A stretch of 64,000 nucleotides of DNA from Desulfuromonadales bacterium (GCA_013349325.1 DUZX01000002.1:107987-171986); one strand, 5' to 3'. Positions 25,168 to 35,010 are shown, numbered from the stretch's first letter. Notes: a model not told the origin generated them from the sequence alone. Made by a program: numbers and translations.

Positions 25168-26577
25168 TTAGCAACCGGCGATCAGTACCGCTTGCTTCAG
25201 AAAGCGCTCAACCTGTTCCGGAGATCCCGCCTCGCTGTAGAGGCGTAAAACCGGCTCTGTTCCGGATGGTCTGATCAGGAGCCAGTCGCCGGTTTCAAAA
25301 ATGAATTTGAAGCCGTCACTGAAGTTGGTGGCTGCAACCCGTTGCCCGTCAATCTCCGTGGGCGGGTTCGTACTCAGATTTTTGATCAGCAGTTCCTTAG
25401 CGCTGTTCTCGATCGTGCGGTCAATGCGGTGGTAGAAGAAGTGACCGATTTCATTCATGGTTTCATTCAGCAGCTGCCGCAATCCTTTGCCACTGACCGC
25501 CATGGCTTCCAGCAGCAGGAGACCAAGCAGAATTCCGTCCCGCTCCGGGATATGCCCCTTTACTCCCAGTCCGCCCGACTCTTCGCCCCCCATCAGAATA
25601 TCATTCTCCAGCATAAGTCCGCAGATATGCTTAAAGCCGATCGGCGTTTCAAACAGCTCCAAACCGAATTTCTCGGCCAACAGATCGATCATGCGGGTCG
25701 TGGAAACGGTCTTGACGACGCCACCGCTCATCTTCTTGTATTCAATCAGGTGTCGCAGAATGACGGTAAAAATGTTGTGTGAGGAGAAAAATTCGCCCTG
25801 CTCATCGACAGCTCCGATCCGGTCGGCATCGCCGTCCAGGGCAAGCCCGACCTGATATTTCCCGCTTTTCACCAGATCTGAAAGCTCCGCAAGATGCCGG
25901 GCAATCGGTTCGGGTGCCTGGCCGCCGAACGATGGATTCTCAATGTTGTGAATCTCGTCAACCGAGGGGAGCAGAAGCGGAATGAAGCCGCAGCCGGCAC
26001 CATACATCGGATCAACAACGGCCCGAATACCAGCTTTGGTGATCAGATCAAGATCAACATAGCGGCCGATCTGATGGAAATATCCTTCGCAGGGATCGAA
26101 AAGCTCTACCAATCCCTGGCTGAGCGCGTCACAGTACGGAATCGAGATAACTCGATGGTTATTGCTGATGTTAAAGGCGACAATTTCCTCAATAACCCTG
26201 GTTGTTGTCGGAAGCGCGGAACCACCGAAAGCCTCCTTGATTTTAAAGCCATTGTACTCGGGCGGGTTATGGCTGGCGGTAATCATGACTCCGGCCCCCG
26301 CTCCGGTTTCCCGCACTGCCCATGAAACGGCCGGTGTCGGTGCGTAACCGTCCGTTAATTTCACACGAATGCCGTTACCGGCCGCAACTTCTGCAACCCG
26401 CCGGGCAAAATCACGTGACAGAAAGCGCCGGTCGTAGCCGATAATCAGCCCTTTGTTGCCGAGCCCTTCGCGGTTCAGAAAATCCATGGTGGCCTGAGCC
26501 ACCAACGAGAGATTGTCAACGGTAAACTCACGCGCGATCACGCCGCGCCAGCCATCAGTTCCAAATGTAATCTGCAT
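25168..26577 (-). CDS. Phosphoglucomutase/phosphomannomutase family protein
   Basis: 469 aa. It has the active-site loop TASHNPPEYNGFK and the Mg-binding motif LALDGDADR. Confidence 0.85.
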   Translation of the reverse strand: MQITFGTDGWRGVIAREFTVDNLSLVAQATMDFLNREGLGNKGLIIGYDRRFLSRDFARRVAEVAAGNGIRVKLTDGYAPTPAVSWAVRETGAGAGVMITASHNPPEYNGFKIKEAFGGSALPTTTRVIEEIVAFNISNNHRVISIPYCDALSQGLVELFDPCEGYFHQIGRYVDLDLITKAGIRAVVDPMYGAGCGFIPLLLPSVDEIHNIENPSFGGQAPEPIARHLAELSDLVKSGKYQVGLALDGDADRIGAVDEQGEFFSSHNIFTVILRHLIEYKKMSGGVVKTVSTTRMIDLLAEKFGLELFETPIGFKHICGLMLENDILMGGEESGGLGVKGHIPERDGILLGLLLLEAMAVSGKGLRQLLNETMNEIGHFFYHRIDRTIENSAKELLIKNLSTNPPTEIDGQRVAATNFSDGFKFIFETGDWLLIRPSGTEPVLRLYSEAGSPEQVERFLKQAVLIAGC

Positions 26578-26598
26578 GCTTCCTCCACTATTGCCGTG

Positions 26599-26871
26599 TC
26601 AGGTATTTTTATTTTCCAGACCGTATAACCATACGAAAACTTCCGCCACTGCCAGATACAGTTCTGCCGGAATATGCTGATCCGTATCGACCTGCATCAG
26701 GAGATTCACCAGTTCGGGAGATTCATGGACGTAGACCCCGGCCTCTTTGGCGCAGGCGATAATTGCTTCCGCCATGACCCCCTTACCCTTGGCGATGACA
26801 ACCGGAGCGTACTGCCCCTGTTTGTAGGAGAGCGCCGCCGCCCGCCGCTCCAGCACGTCACGATCGGGCAT
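26599..26871 (-). CDS. Free-standing FlhB C-terminal (FlhB-CC/YlqH-like, EscU/YscU family) protein
   Basis: 90 aa. AAALSYKQGQYAPVVIAKGKGVMAEAIIACAKEAGVYVHESPELVNLLMQ...IPAELYLAVAEVFVWLY aligns by eye with the post-NPTH part of the FlhB in this window ([50 protein letters not shown]...IPESLYAAVAEVLAYVY). It has no NPTH site and no TM domain. Confidence 0.8.
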   Translation of the reverse strand: MPDRDVLERRAAALSYKQGQYAPVVIAKGKGVMAEAIIACAKEAGVYVHESPELVNLLMQVDTDQHIPAELYLAVAEVFVWLYGLENKNT

Positions 26872-29092
26872 GAGTGATCCCGATCTCTCCGGCGGTCAGT
26901 CCGGCCATCTGAAGTTGTTCGGCCAGACGGCCCCGGTCCGCCTCGAGCAGCGGAACCGTTGTTTCAGATTCGGCCTGTACATTCAGACTGACACGTGTCC
27001 CGTCGAGATCCAGTGTCACCTGAACCGCTCCCAGGTGAGGCAGGTTGAGCTTCAAGCTGGTCTCCCATCTCCGTTCGCGCTCGCCGGACTGATTGCGGTG
27101 CGCTTCCCGTTCTGCCACGCTCCATTCCATGCGCTGTCCCGGAAACAGATCGCCCCGGAAAATGAGCTGGCCGTTTTGCATTGTCGAGAGCTGCTCGGCA
27201 ACAACCGGCAATGTCCGCAGATCAACCGAAATCTCACTGTTCGAGCTGTTAGCTTTTCTCAATACCGCCTCCAGCACCTCGCTGGAAGCAGCTCTGTTCG
27301 TTTGATTCTGCATGGCGGCAAGCATGCTGCGATCAACGCCTTTCGGCTGATTCTGTTGCCTTACCCGGGGTGACAGCCGGCCCTGCGGCTCTTTCAGCAG
27401 GTCTTCGAGTGCGTAGTCGCCCCCAAACCAGCGCGAAAGATGCGATTCATAGAACAGGCCGCTTTCACGCACCCCCTGCTGTAACATTTTCCCGACCTGC
27501 GGAGCATCTGACGGAGGTGCCATCAGCAGCGTCTTCAGGATTCCCAGCGTGGCATGGGCCGGCACCTTTGCAGCCGTCTCACCCAGAAAACCGCTCAGCC
27601 AGCGACCGGTGGCGCTGACACTGGCGTCACCCGGTTGTCCGAAGCGGGCCATCAGAAATGTCAGGCGTGGTTCCCCGCTGATAAAAAACAGGTTGATCGT
27701 GTCACCTTTTTGAACGCCGTTCGGCAGGCTAAATTCAAGAGTTTGTCCGGAAATCCTGACGGCAAAATTGTTGCCGCCCAGCGATTCAAGTACCTCCCCC
27801 TTCAGCTGCTGACCGGGGGTAAATCCGGTCGGAACGGCTTTCCGACTGAAGCTCTCCAGCAGCGTCAGGCGATTGCCCTTGATAACCGCCTGCAGCAGTT
27901 TGGCCATATCGTCACTCAGGATGATTCCGTTACCCGGCGTGAGCGGTGCCTGTTGAGCGCTCAGCAGTGCCGACTGCACGGAGGCAGAGTTCTCGGCGGC
28001 ACTTTTTCCGCGAAAAACGGTCTGATAGGTGATGGCTTCATCCAAAATAGCGGTGAAGGCCGGCGAATCGGGCGGCAGGCTTTTCAGTATGGTGCTCATG
28101 CGTTCCAGTACAGAGCGTTGCTGTTCTGAACCGCCACCCTCCTGATGTTCCAGCGTGCTCAGCCAGCGACCGACATCACTGAGTGAGCCGGGAGATGCAT
28201 CGGGAACTGAACGAGGCAGCGCGAAGAGCAGTTTGGGCTGCGATGAGATATAGGTAAGCCGCAGACTCTCGCCAACCTGAACCATACGCGGCAGCAGCAG
28301 CTCGAGCGTTGTTCCGGCCACCTGAACAAAAGCGCGTCCTCCCGGCAGCGTGCTGACTACCGTTGCAGACAGTTCCTGACCCGGTAGAAGCTGCAGTGGT
28401 ACCGCTGGCTGCTGCTGAGCCTCTGCCAGAATGAAGCGCGAGTTCTGGGCGATATTTTTCAGGATCTGGGCGGTGTTGGTCTCAAAGGCCACCAGTCGCG
28501 CCTGATCAGGAGTCAGCGTTCTGGCGCCATTCTGCAGCGGGGTACCCTGCTGGCCGCCGGCATCCTTCATTGAGTCGCCGGGGGCCTGGGGAGTCGCTTT
28601 GACCGCTTCGCTCAGAGCGCCGTAGGTCAGGGCCTCATCCATCAAATTGGCCAGAGCGCCGACCGGGCCGTTTGATTGCCGCAGCAGATCGCCGATACTC
28701 TGCAACGATGAACGCAGGCCGGCATCGGTAATCTGTGTGCCGGACACCAGCAGACTTACCAGCCGGGAAGCGTCAGAAAGACTGACCGGCGGTGCAAAGA
28801 CCCCCTGGCGGGCGATGGCAAAGGTCGAGCGGGGATCGCTGGAGACAAAGGTCATATCCAGCGACTGTCCCATGCGGACCGGCATCGGCAGGTCCATATT
28901 GAGCCGCTGATTTCCGATCTGAACCTGGGTGCGGTTGTTGGGCAGCATCCCTACGACCTCGGCGCTGACGCGCTGGCCGGGCGTGAGTAACAGGCGCGCG
29001 GCCGGTTCCTGTACGGCAGAAACAACCGAGATACTGGAAGTCCGCGAAACCAGATCATAAACCTGCTGCTGTATGTCGGTCGGTTGCGCCAT
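26858..29092 (-). CDS. FliK-like protein (C-terminal T3S4/Flg_hook-type domain) with a triplicated N-terminal module
   Basis: The C-terminal sequence LKLNLPHLGAVQVTLDLDGTRVSLNVQAESETTVPLLEADRGRLAEQLQMAGL resembles the FliK C-terminal domain. The likely start is MAQPTDIQQ (ATG 29092); the track start is 29158. It overlaps the downstream FlhB-CC gene by 14 nt. Confidence 0.65.
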   Translation of the reverse strand: MAQPTDIQQQVYDLVSRTSSISVVSAVQEPAARLLLTPGQRVSAEVVGMLPNNRTQVQIGNQRLNMDLPMPVRMGQSLDMTFVSSDPRSTFAIARQGVFAPPVSLSDASRLVSLLVSGTQITDAGLRSSLQSIGDLLRQSNGPVGALANLMDEALTYGALSEAVKATPQAPGDSMKDAGGQQGTPLQNGARTLTPDQARLVAFETNTAQILKNIAQNSRFILAEAQQQPAVPLQLLPGQELSATVVSTLPGGRAFVQVAGTTLELLLPRMVQVGESLRLTYISSQPKLLFALPRSVPDASPGSLSDVGRWLSTLEHQEGGGSEQQRSVLERMSTILKSLPPDSPAFTAILDEAITYQTVFRGKSAAENSASVQSALLSAQQAPLTPGNGIILSDDMAKLLQAVIKGNRLTLLESFSRKAVPTGFTPGQQLKGEVLESLGGNNFAVRISGQTLEFSLPNGVQKGDTINLFFISGEPRLTFLMARFGQPGDASVSATGRWLSGFLGETAAKVPAHATLGILKTLLMAPPSDAPQVGKMLQQGVRESGLFYESHLSRWFGGDYALEDLLKEPQGRLSPRVRQQNQPKGVDRSMLAAMQNQTNRAASSEVLEAVLRKANSSNSEISVDLRTLPVVAEQLSTMQNGQLIFRGDLFPGQRMEWSVAEREAHRNQSGERERRWETSLKLNLPHLGAVQVTLDLDGTRVSLNVQAESETTVPLLEADRGRLAEQLQMAGLTAGEIGITHARS

Positions 29093-29158
29093 AAACGGAT
29101 CGCCTTTTTGCTCAACAAATTCTTCGGCACAGCAGATGGACAAAAAACGAAGCCGCAA

Positions 29159-31723
29159 CTATCCCCAGATCAGGTAGCCTGGCTCATAGATGTTTCCCAA
29201 TATTTTATGGCGAGGTATTATCCGCAGCATGAAACCGTGCCGCCCGCAGAAGCGGCATTCAAAGCTGCCGCCAAACTCATAGCGCCCCTGACCAAGCTCA
29301 GCGGTCATCCGCAATGCGACCGTTTCGCCCCCCTCGATATTACCGGTTGGATCAAGCACACCGAAATAACCCTCTACCGAGACCTCGTCAGCCGGGATAT
29401 CCCCCAGCGTAACCCGTGCAGAGACCGGAACCACGCTTCCCACGGCAATTGAATCTGACACTTCAGCCATAGCCAGCTCGATCCGTACCTGCGGCCAGGC
29501 CTTAAACATCCGTTCCTTCCAGCGGGACAGATCGAGTGCCAGCGCCAGATCTTCATCCACAAGTCGTTTCCATTGGCCGTAGGCCGGCAGATAGGAGCTG
29601 ACGGCATACTCCTGTACCATGCGATCGGTAGAAAAAACCGGGCAGAGGCTCTGCAGAGAGGCTTTCATGGTGGCAACCCAGGAGCGCGGCACGCCGTCAC
29701 TCCCCTGATCGTAGAAATGAGGTACAACCTCCTTTTCCAGCAGATCGTAGAGCGCCCGCCCTTCAACCTGATTCTGGTAGTCGAGATCCTCGTAGACCTC
29801 CCCCTTGCCGATGGCCCAGCCGTTGTTGCCCTGATACCCCTCACACCACCAGCCATCCAGGATGCTCATGTTGAGGCCTCCGTTGAACGCAACCTTCATA
29901 CCGCTGGTGCCGCTGGCCTCCATTGGCCTGAGCGGTGTGTTGAGCCAGACATCCACCCCCTGTACCAGGTGGCGGGCAACCTCCATGTCATAATCCTCGA
30001 TGAAGACTATCCGGTGCCGGAAGCGTTCCTGATGCGAAGCCTGAACGATCTGTCTGATCAGCTCCTTCCCTTCCTGATCCTGGGGGTGCGCCTTGCCGGC
30101 GAAGATGAACTGGACCGGCATTTCAGGATTGTTGACGATCCGTGACAGGCGGTCCAGATCGCGCAGCAGCAGCGTGCCGCGCTTGTAGGTGGCGAAGCGC
30201 CGCGCAAAGCCGATGGTCAGTACTTCCGGGTCGAGTACCTCTTCCGCTGTGGCGATTTCCTTGGTTGTCGCGCCGGTCTTCATCAGCTGGGCCTTGAGGC
30301 GCTGCCGGGCAAAGTCAACCAGCTTTTCGCGACAGCTCTGCTGGGTTCGCCACAACTCGGCATCCGGTATCTTGGCGATGCGCCGCCAGACGTTATGGTC
30401 GGTCGGATCGTCCAGCCAGCGATTTCCCAAATAGCGAATCAGCAGGCTGGCCATATGATTGGACATCCAGGTCCGGGTATGAACACCGTTGGTGACGGAG
30501 TTGAGCGGCAGCTGCTCCAGGGGCAGCTCCGGCCAGGCGTTCCTCCACATCCGGCGTGAAACCTCGCCATGCAGCTGGCTGACGCCATTGATATGACCAG
30601 CCAGTTTGAGTGCCAATACCGCCATGCAGAACGATTCCTGCTGGTTGCGCGGGTTCTGGCGCCCCAGGCCGATAAACTCGTCCCGCGTGAGACCCAGGGT
30701 TTTGCAATAGCGGCTGAAAAACGTATCCAGCAGTTCCGGCGCAAAGTGATCGATTCCGGCTTCAACCGGGGTATGGGTCGTGAAAATATTGCCGGCCCGG
30801 ACGATATCGCGAGCTTCGCTGAAGGTTATGCCACGTTTATCCATCAACAGCCGGATCCGCTCCAGAGCCAGAAAAGCGGCGTGACCTTCGTTCATATGGC
30901 AGACGTTGGGGATAATTCCCAACAGGCGCAGTGCACGGATGCCACCGATCCCGAGCAGTATCTCCTGGATCATGCGCATTTCCTTGTCGCCAAAATAGAG
31001 CTGGGCCGTGATCAGCCGATCTTCGGGGCTGTTCTCCTCCAGATTGGTGTCCAGCAGGTAGAGTGGAACCCGTCCAACCTGCACGCGCCAGATATGCACG
31101 TTGAATTTACGCGGACCGAATTCCAGTTCGAAGCTGAGCGGCAGGCCGGCTACATCGCGCTCCAGTGTCAGCGGCAGGTTGTAAAAATCGTTCTCGGGAT
31201 AATATTCCTGCTGCCACCCCTCGTTGTTGAGGTACTGGCGGAAGTACCCCTGCCGGTAGAGCAGGCCGACTCCGACCAGTGGCAGTCCCAGGTCGGAAGC
31301 GGATTTAAGGTGATCTCCGGCCAGAATGCCGAGGCCGCCGGAATAGATCGGCAGAGATTCATGCAGACCGTACTCCATTGAAAAATAGGCCACCCGCATC
31401 TTGGAAGAGCAATTGGCATTTTTATCAAACCAGGTACTTGCCTGCAGATAGTCGGTCAATTTTTCGTCGACCAGCTTCAGGTGGGCCATGAAGCCTTCAT
31501 CGCTCTTGAGCGACTCCAGAGTGGTCTGCTGCAGGATCCCCAGCATTTCAACCGGATTATGGCGGGTCGATTTCCAGAGGTCAGCGTCCAGGCGACGGAA
31601 CAGGTTGATACCGTCCGGTTCCCAGCTCCACCAGAGGTTATAGGCCACTCGCTGCAGTGGAGCCAGTTCTTCGCTCAGTGACGGGACAACGGTGAATTTG
31701 TGCAGCATCTTGGCGAAGTCCAT
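29159..31723 (-). CDS. Alpha-glucan phosphorylase (GT35, TIGR02094-like long form)
   Basis: 854 aa. It contains [44 protein letters not shown] and [25 protein letters not shown] (PLP Lys). Confidence 0.85.
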   Translation of the reverse strand: MDFAKMLHKFTVVPSLSEELAPLQRVAYNLWWSWEPDGINLFRRLDADLWKSTRHNPVEMLGILQQTTLESLKSDEGFMAHLKLVDEKLTDYLQASTWFDKNANCSSKMRVAYFSMEYGLHESLPIYSGGLGILAGDHLKSASDLGLPLVGVGLLYRQGYFRQYLNNEGWQQEYYPENDFYNLPLTLERDVAGLPLSFELEFGPRKFNVHIWRVQVGRVPLYLLDTNLEENSPEDRLITAQLYFGDKEMRMIQEILLGIGGIRALRLLGIIPNVCHMNEGHAAFLALERIRLLMDKRGITFSEARDIVRAGNIFTTHTPVEAGIDHFAPELLDTFFSRYCKTLGLTRDEFIGLGRQNPRNQQESFCMAVLALKLAGHINGVSQLHGEVSRRMWRNAWPELPLEQLPLNSVTNGVHTRTWMSNHMASLLIRYLGNRWLDDPTDHNVWRRIAKIPDAELWRTQQSCREKLVDFARQRLKAQLMKTGATTKEIATAEEVLDPEVLTIGFARRFATYKRGTLLLRDLDRLSRIVNNPEMPVQFIFAGKAHPQDQEGKELIRQIVQASHQERFRHRIVFIEDYDMEVARHLVQGVDVWLNTPLRPMEASGTSGMKVAFNGGLNMSILDGWWCEGYQGNNGWAIGKGEVYEDLDYQNQVEGRALYDLLEKEVVPHFYDQGSDGVPRSWVATMKASLQSLCPVFSTDRMVQEYAVSSYLPAYGQWKRLVDEDLALALDLSRWKERMFKAWPQVRIELAMAEVSDSIAVGSVVPVSARVTLGDIPADEVSVEGYFGVLDPTGNIEGGETVALRMTAELGQGRYEFGGSFECRFCGRHGFMLRIIPRHKILGNIYEPGYLIWG

Positions 31724-31801
31724 GGGGGTATCCTTTTTGGTAATGGTAAGGAAGCTCTAGCAGATATTCTGAGCCGGTTAAAGAGGATTATGACCGCTGC
31801 A

Positions 31802-32440
31802 TTATAGTCGCAAAAGCATCTGCTCCAGCGTTAGCAGTTGTTCAACACTCTGGCAGAGCAGAACCGGGCAGCCCAGCTGCTCCGGCAGTCGCAGATCGAT
31901 ATCGTAACGATCCCCTACAAACAGCGTCTGGCCGGGTATCAGGCCGGTCTGGTCAAAAAAATTCAGCAGCATCTGCAGGTCCGGCTTACCCCGCCAGCTC
32001 TCGTCAATGGTTATAATCCGGCAGAAAAGGGCCTCAAGACCCAGTTGGCGGATGATGCGTGTTGTCAGCACGCGATTGTTATTGGTGTAAATATAAAGTG
32101 AGTATTTCTGCGCCAGCAGCTGTAGTAACGTGATGACGCGATCATCCCGCTGCAGAAAAGCCTCCGGTTGCAGCGTCTCCTGAAAATGGCGGTGCAGCAG
32201 TTCGATAGTCCCATCCAGTTCGGTACATACCACCGAGAGCGGCTGCTCACGTTTCTGCTCCAGGTAGAGTCGCTGTCGGGTTGCAGCCATCAGCTGCGCG
32301 GCTTCTGAGGTGCCGATTCCCTTGAGAGCGGCAATATAATCGACCGCCGCCGCCTGTAACGAGGCTGAGAATGGCTCGTTGGAATACAGGGTCCCATCCA
32401 GGTCGAAGACGATCCCTTGGAGCGGTGCCGGAGCAATCAT
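31802..32440 (-). CDS. HAD-superfamily hydrolase
   Basis: 212 aa with motif I VFDLDGTLY and motif IV FVGDRYDID. Confidence 0.75.
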   Translation of the reverse strand: MIAPAPLQGIVFDLDGTLYSNEPFSASLQAAAVDYIAALKGIGTSEAAQLMAATRQRLYLEQKREQPLSVVCTELDGTIELLHRHFQETLQPEAFLQRDDRVITLLQLLAQKYSLYIYTNNNRVLTTRIIRQLGLEALFCRIITIDESWRGKPDLQMLLNFFDQTGLIPGQTLFVGDRYDIDLRLPEQLGCPVLLCQSVEQLLTLEQMLLRL

Positions 32441-32446
32441 GCCGAT

Positions 32447-33601
32447 TTACCCGCCGATCCGGCGCTGACAGAGCAGCTGCGGGTCAGACACGCCTTTGCT
32501 TTGGATCAGGATTCGAAACGTGTCACCCATGCCTCCTTCCGGCATGATCAGTTTTTTCAGCGTCAGCCGCAGGCGCAACTTTTCTTCGTCAGAGCGGTCG
32601 GAGCATTCGATCTCTTCAATCTCCTCGACGATGCCGGTCGCCAGCAGGAAGCGATACTGCTCTCCGAACCAGATATTCTGTAGCCCCCGTTCGGTCCCGC
32701 ATTCCATCAACGTTGAAAAATCAACGTGGCTGGTGATGTCCTGCCGGCCGATGCGGATGTAGGGATTATCTTCGGTCTGATGCCGGTAGTAGCAGAGTAA
32801 CGTACCCTGTTTACGGCGGGGTGCATACAGTTCTGCCGCCGGATGGCCATAGTCGATCGTCAGAATATACCCGCGTTGCAGTGCAGCCGCCGCGTCGGCC
32901 AGCCACTGCGCTGCATTCAGATTGACTTCAGCCAGCTGGCCGGGATGCAGCGTGACGTTAACCCGTTTCAGCTGGGCTTCTATCGCCGGGGTTGACAATT
33001 CGCCGGTCTGCTCGACAAACTCATCATTCTGGCGGGTAACGTACAGCTCGCGCAACCCCTCAGCCGTCATCAGAACGCGATGCACCGGCAGGGCGTCGAT
33101 CAGTTCATTGGAGTAGAGGCAGCCGCTGAACGTGAATTTTCCGGAAGCAAACTCCTGCGGAGAAAACCAGCTGACCCGGCCGGCATGCAGCGTCAGCATC
33201 TCGCGCTGGGCTGATTCCAGAGAAGGTTCCTGTTCAACCAGTACCAGCCGCACAGCGGTGTACATTTCCGTTTCCCGTTCAGCCAGATAGTCGATGATAT
33301 CACAGGCCAGACGGGCGTTACCGGCGCCGCATTCGACCAGCGTAAATTCTGTCGGACTGCCCATGCTGCGCCACATCTGGGCAATTTCACGGGCGATCAC
33401 TCGTCCGAAGGCGGCATGCACCGTGCTGCTGGTATAAAAATCGCCTTCGCCACCCACCTTGCGACCGGCAGAGGTGTAGTAGCCAAGGCCCGGCTCGTAG
33501 AGGCAGGCCGCCATGAAGTCGGCAAAGGTAATCCGCCCCTGTTCAGAAATGCGGTTACGGATGATTTCGGTAAGTCGTTGTTCGGTCATGGTCTCTATCA
33601 T
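32447..33601 (-). CDS. SAM-dependent methyltransferase, MidA/NDUFAF7 (DUF185) family
   Basis: 384 aa. It has the MidA-like N-terminus (ITFADFMAACLYEPGLGYY) and LVECGAGNARLACDI. Confidence 0.65.
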   Translation of the reverse strand: MIETMTEQRLTEIIRNRISEQGRITFADFMAACLYEPGLGYYTSAGRKVGGEGDFYTSSTVHAAFGRVIAREIAQMWRSMGSPTEFTLVECGAGNARLACDIIDYLAERETEMYTAVRLVLVEQEPSLESAQREMLTLHAGRVSWFSPQEFASGKFTFSGCLYSNELIDALPVHRVLMTAEGLRELYVTRQNDEFVEQTGELSTPAIEAQLKRVNVTLHPGQLAEVNLNAAQWLADAAAALQRGYILTIDYGHPAAELYAPRRKQGTLLCYYRHQTEDNPYIRIGRQDITSHVDFSTLMECGTERGLQNIWFGEQYRFLLATGIVEEIEEIECSDRSDEEKLRLRLTLKKLIMPEGGMGDTFRILIQSKGVSDPQLLCQRRIGG

Positions 33602-33614
33602 TCCTGTTTCATGA

Positions 33615-33682
33615 AAGCTGCGGAGTAAAACGACGCCGATTATACATATTTCTACGCAAAAAGAAACGTAACTCCGCAGCTT
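33615..33682. repeat. Perfect 12-bp inverted repeat with a 44-nt spacer in a divergent intergenic region
   Basis: AAGCTGCGGAGT (33615-33626) and ACTCCGCAGCTT (33671-33682). Confidence 0.7.
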
Positions 33683-33777
33683 GATTTATACTGTTGGCTC
33701 AATGGACGGGAGCGTGGTATTCGTAGAGCGCAGAATGAGAGTTCAGTAGAAAATATTCAGATCAGGCGGGGAAGAAT

Positions 33778-34320
33778 ATGACGGTATCACCATCAAATTT
33801 AATTTTAATCGGCATGCCGGGAGCCGGCAAGAGTACCGTCGGCATTGTACTTGCGAAGTTGACATCGCGTGATTTTGTGGATACGGATGTTCTGATCCAG
33901 AGCTCACAGAAACGGACCCTGCAGAAAATTATCGATGTCGATGGATACATTGCGCTGCGGCAGATCGAGCAAGATGTACTGGTGCGGCTTGACGTCCGGA
34001 ACTGCGTAATTGCAACCGGGGGGAGTGCGGTCTACAGCCACAGTGCCATGGCTCATTTGAAAACAAGCGGCCTGGTCATCTTTCTGGATGCTGATATACG
34101 TACGCTGGAATCACGGATCCGCAATTTCAGCTCCCGGGGTCTTGCCAAACGTGCTGATCAGAGCTTTGACGACTTGTTTAAGGAGCGTGCCATTCTGTAC
34201 CGGTACTACGCAGATATTACCGTAGCGTGTGCCGGACTGACGCACGAAGAGGTCTGTACAAGCATCATGGCACAGGCAGGAGAGCTTACACTGCACCCCG
34301 GTTCCGCTCCCAGAGGGTAA
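33778..34320 (+). CDS. aroK: Shikimate kinase family protein (paralog 1)
   Basis: 180 aa with Walker A GMPGAGKSTVG and a shikimate-kinase-like core ...ATGGSAV... Confidence 0.7.
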   Translation: MTVSPSNLILIGMPGAGKSTVGIVLAKLTSRDFVDTDVLIQSSQKRTLQKIIDVDGYIALRQIEQDVLVRLDVRNCVIATGGSAVYSHSAMAHLKTSGLVIFLDADIRTLESRIRNFSSRGLAKRADQSFDDLFKERAILYRYYADITVACAGLTHEEVCTSIMAQAGELTLHPGSAPRG

Positions 34321-34807
34321 CAATCTCTTCAGCGATTGTGCCGGGAGCTTTGTCGTCGGTGTCGACAATGTGATGAGCTGCGGCGCTGTAGAGCGGCTCT
34401 CTTTTTTCCAGCACTTCCGCAACCTCTTCTAAAAAGGTCTTGCCGGATGTCAACGCCGGCCGCGAGGCGTCATGCCGGATGCGGCCCGTGATGGTGTGTA
34501 TGGAGGCCTTGAGCCAGAAGACATCCGCATCGCGCCGAAGATGGTCAACATTTTTCTGGCGCTCGATCACGCCGCCGCCGGTATCAATCACCAGATCTTT
34601 CTGGAGGGCCAACTCCTGTGCCACGTCCGATTCCAGATCGCGGAATTTTACCCAGCCATATTTTTCGACAAATTCAGGAATTGAGAGAGCTGCCCTTTTC
34701 ACAATCTCACTGTCCATGCTGACAAGCCGCAAGCCGAGCCGTTCGGCCACTATTCTGCCAACGGTGCTTTTACCTGTCCCGCGATATCCGATCAAAACCA
34801 CATTCAT
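34286..34807 (-). CDS. Shikimate kinase family protein (paralog 2)
   Basis: It has GYRGTGKSTVG, ...VIDTGGGVI... and ...RPAL. I chose the start at MNVVLIGY (ATG 34807); the track ORF extends to 34915. Its 3' end overlaps paralog 1 by 35 nt. Confidence 0.7.
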   Translation of the reverse strand: MNVVLIGYRGTGKSTVGRIVAERLGLRLVSMDSEIVKRAALSIPEFVEKYGWVKFRDLESDVAQELALQKDLVIDTGGGVIERQKNVDHLRRDADVFWLKASIHTITGRIRHDASRPALTSGKTFLEEVAEVLEKREPLYSAAAHHIVDTDDKAPGTIAEEIVTLWERNRGAV

Positions 34808-35010
34808 AATTCCGATTCCCCCCTGTTCCACTCGGCTGAAAGCGTCACGAGCGTGTACGTCATAGCACGTGTGACGGATAGTGATCAAGACGCTTGTGAG
34901 TGTAATTGATGGCATCTTGACAATTCATACGCTATAGTTCATCCCGGTCGCGCCCGATATGATTCGCAAAACGGCTCCGCAACGCCCTGCAATCCAAGGA
35001 CACCCTCGCA

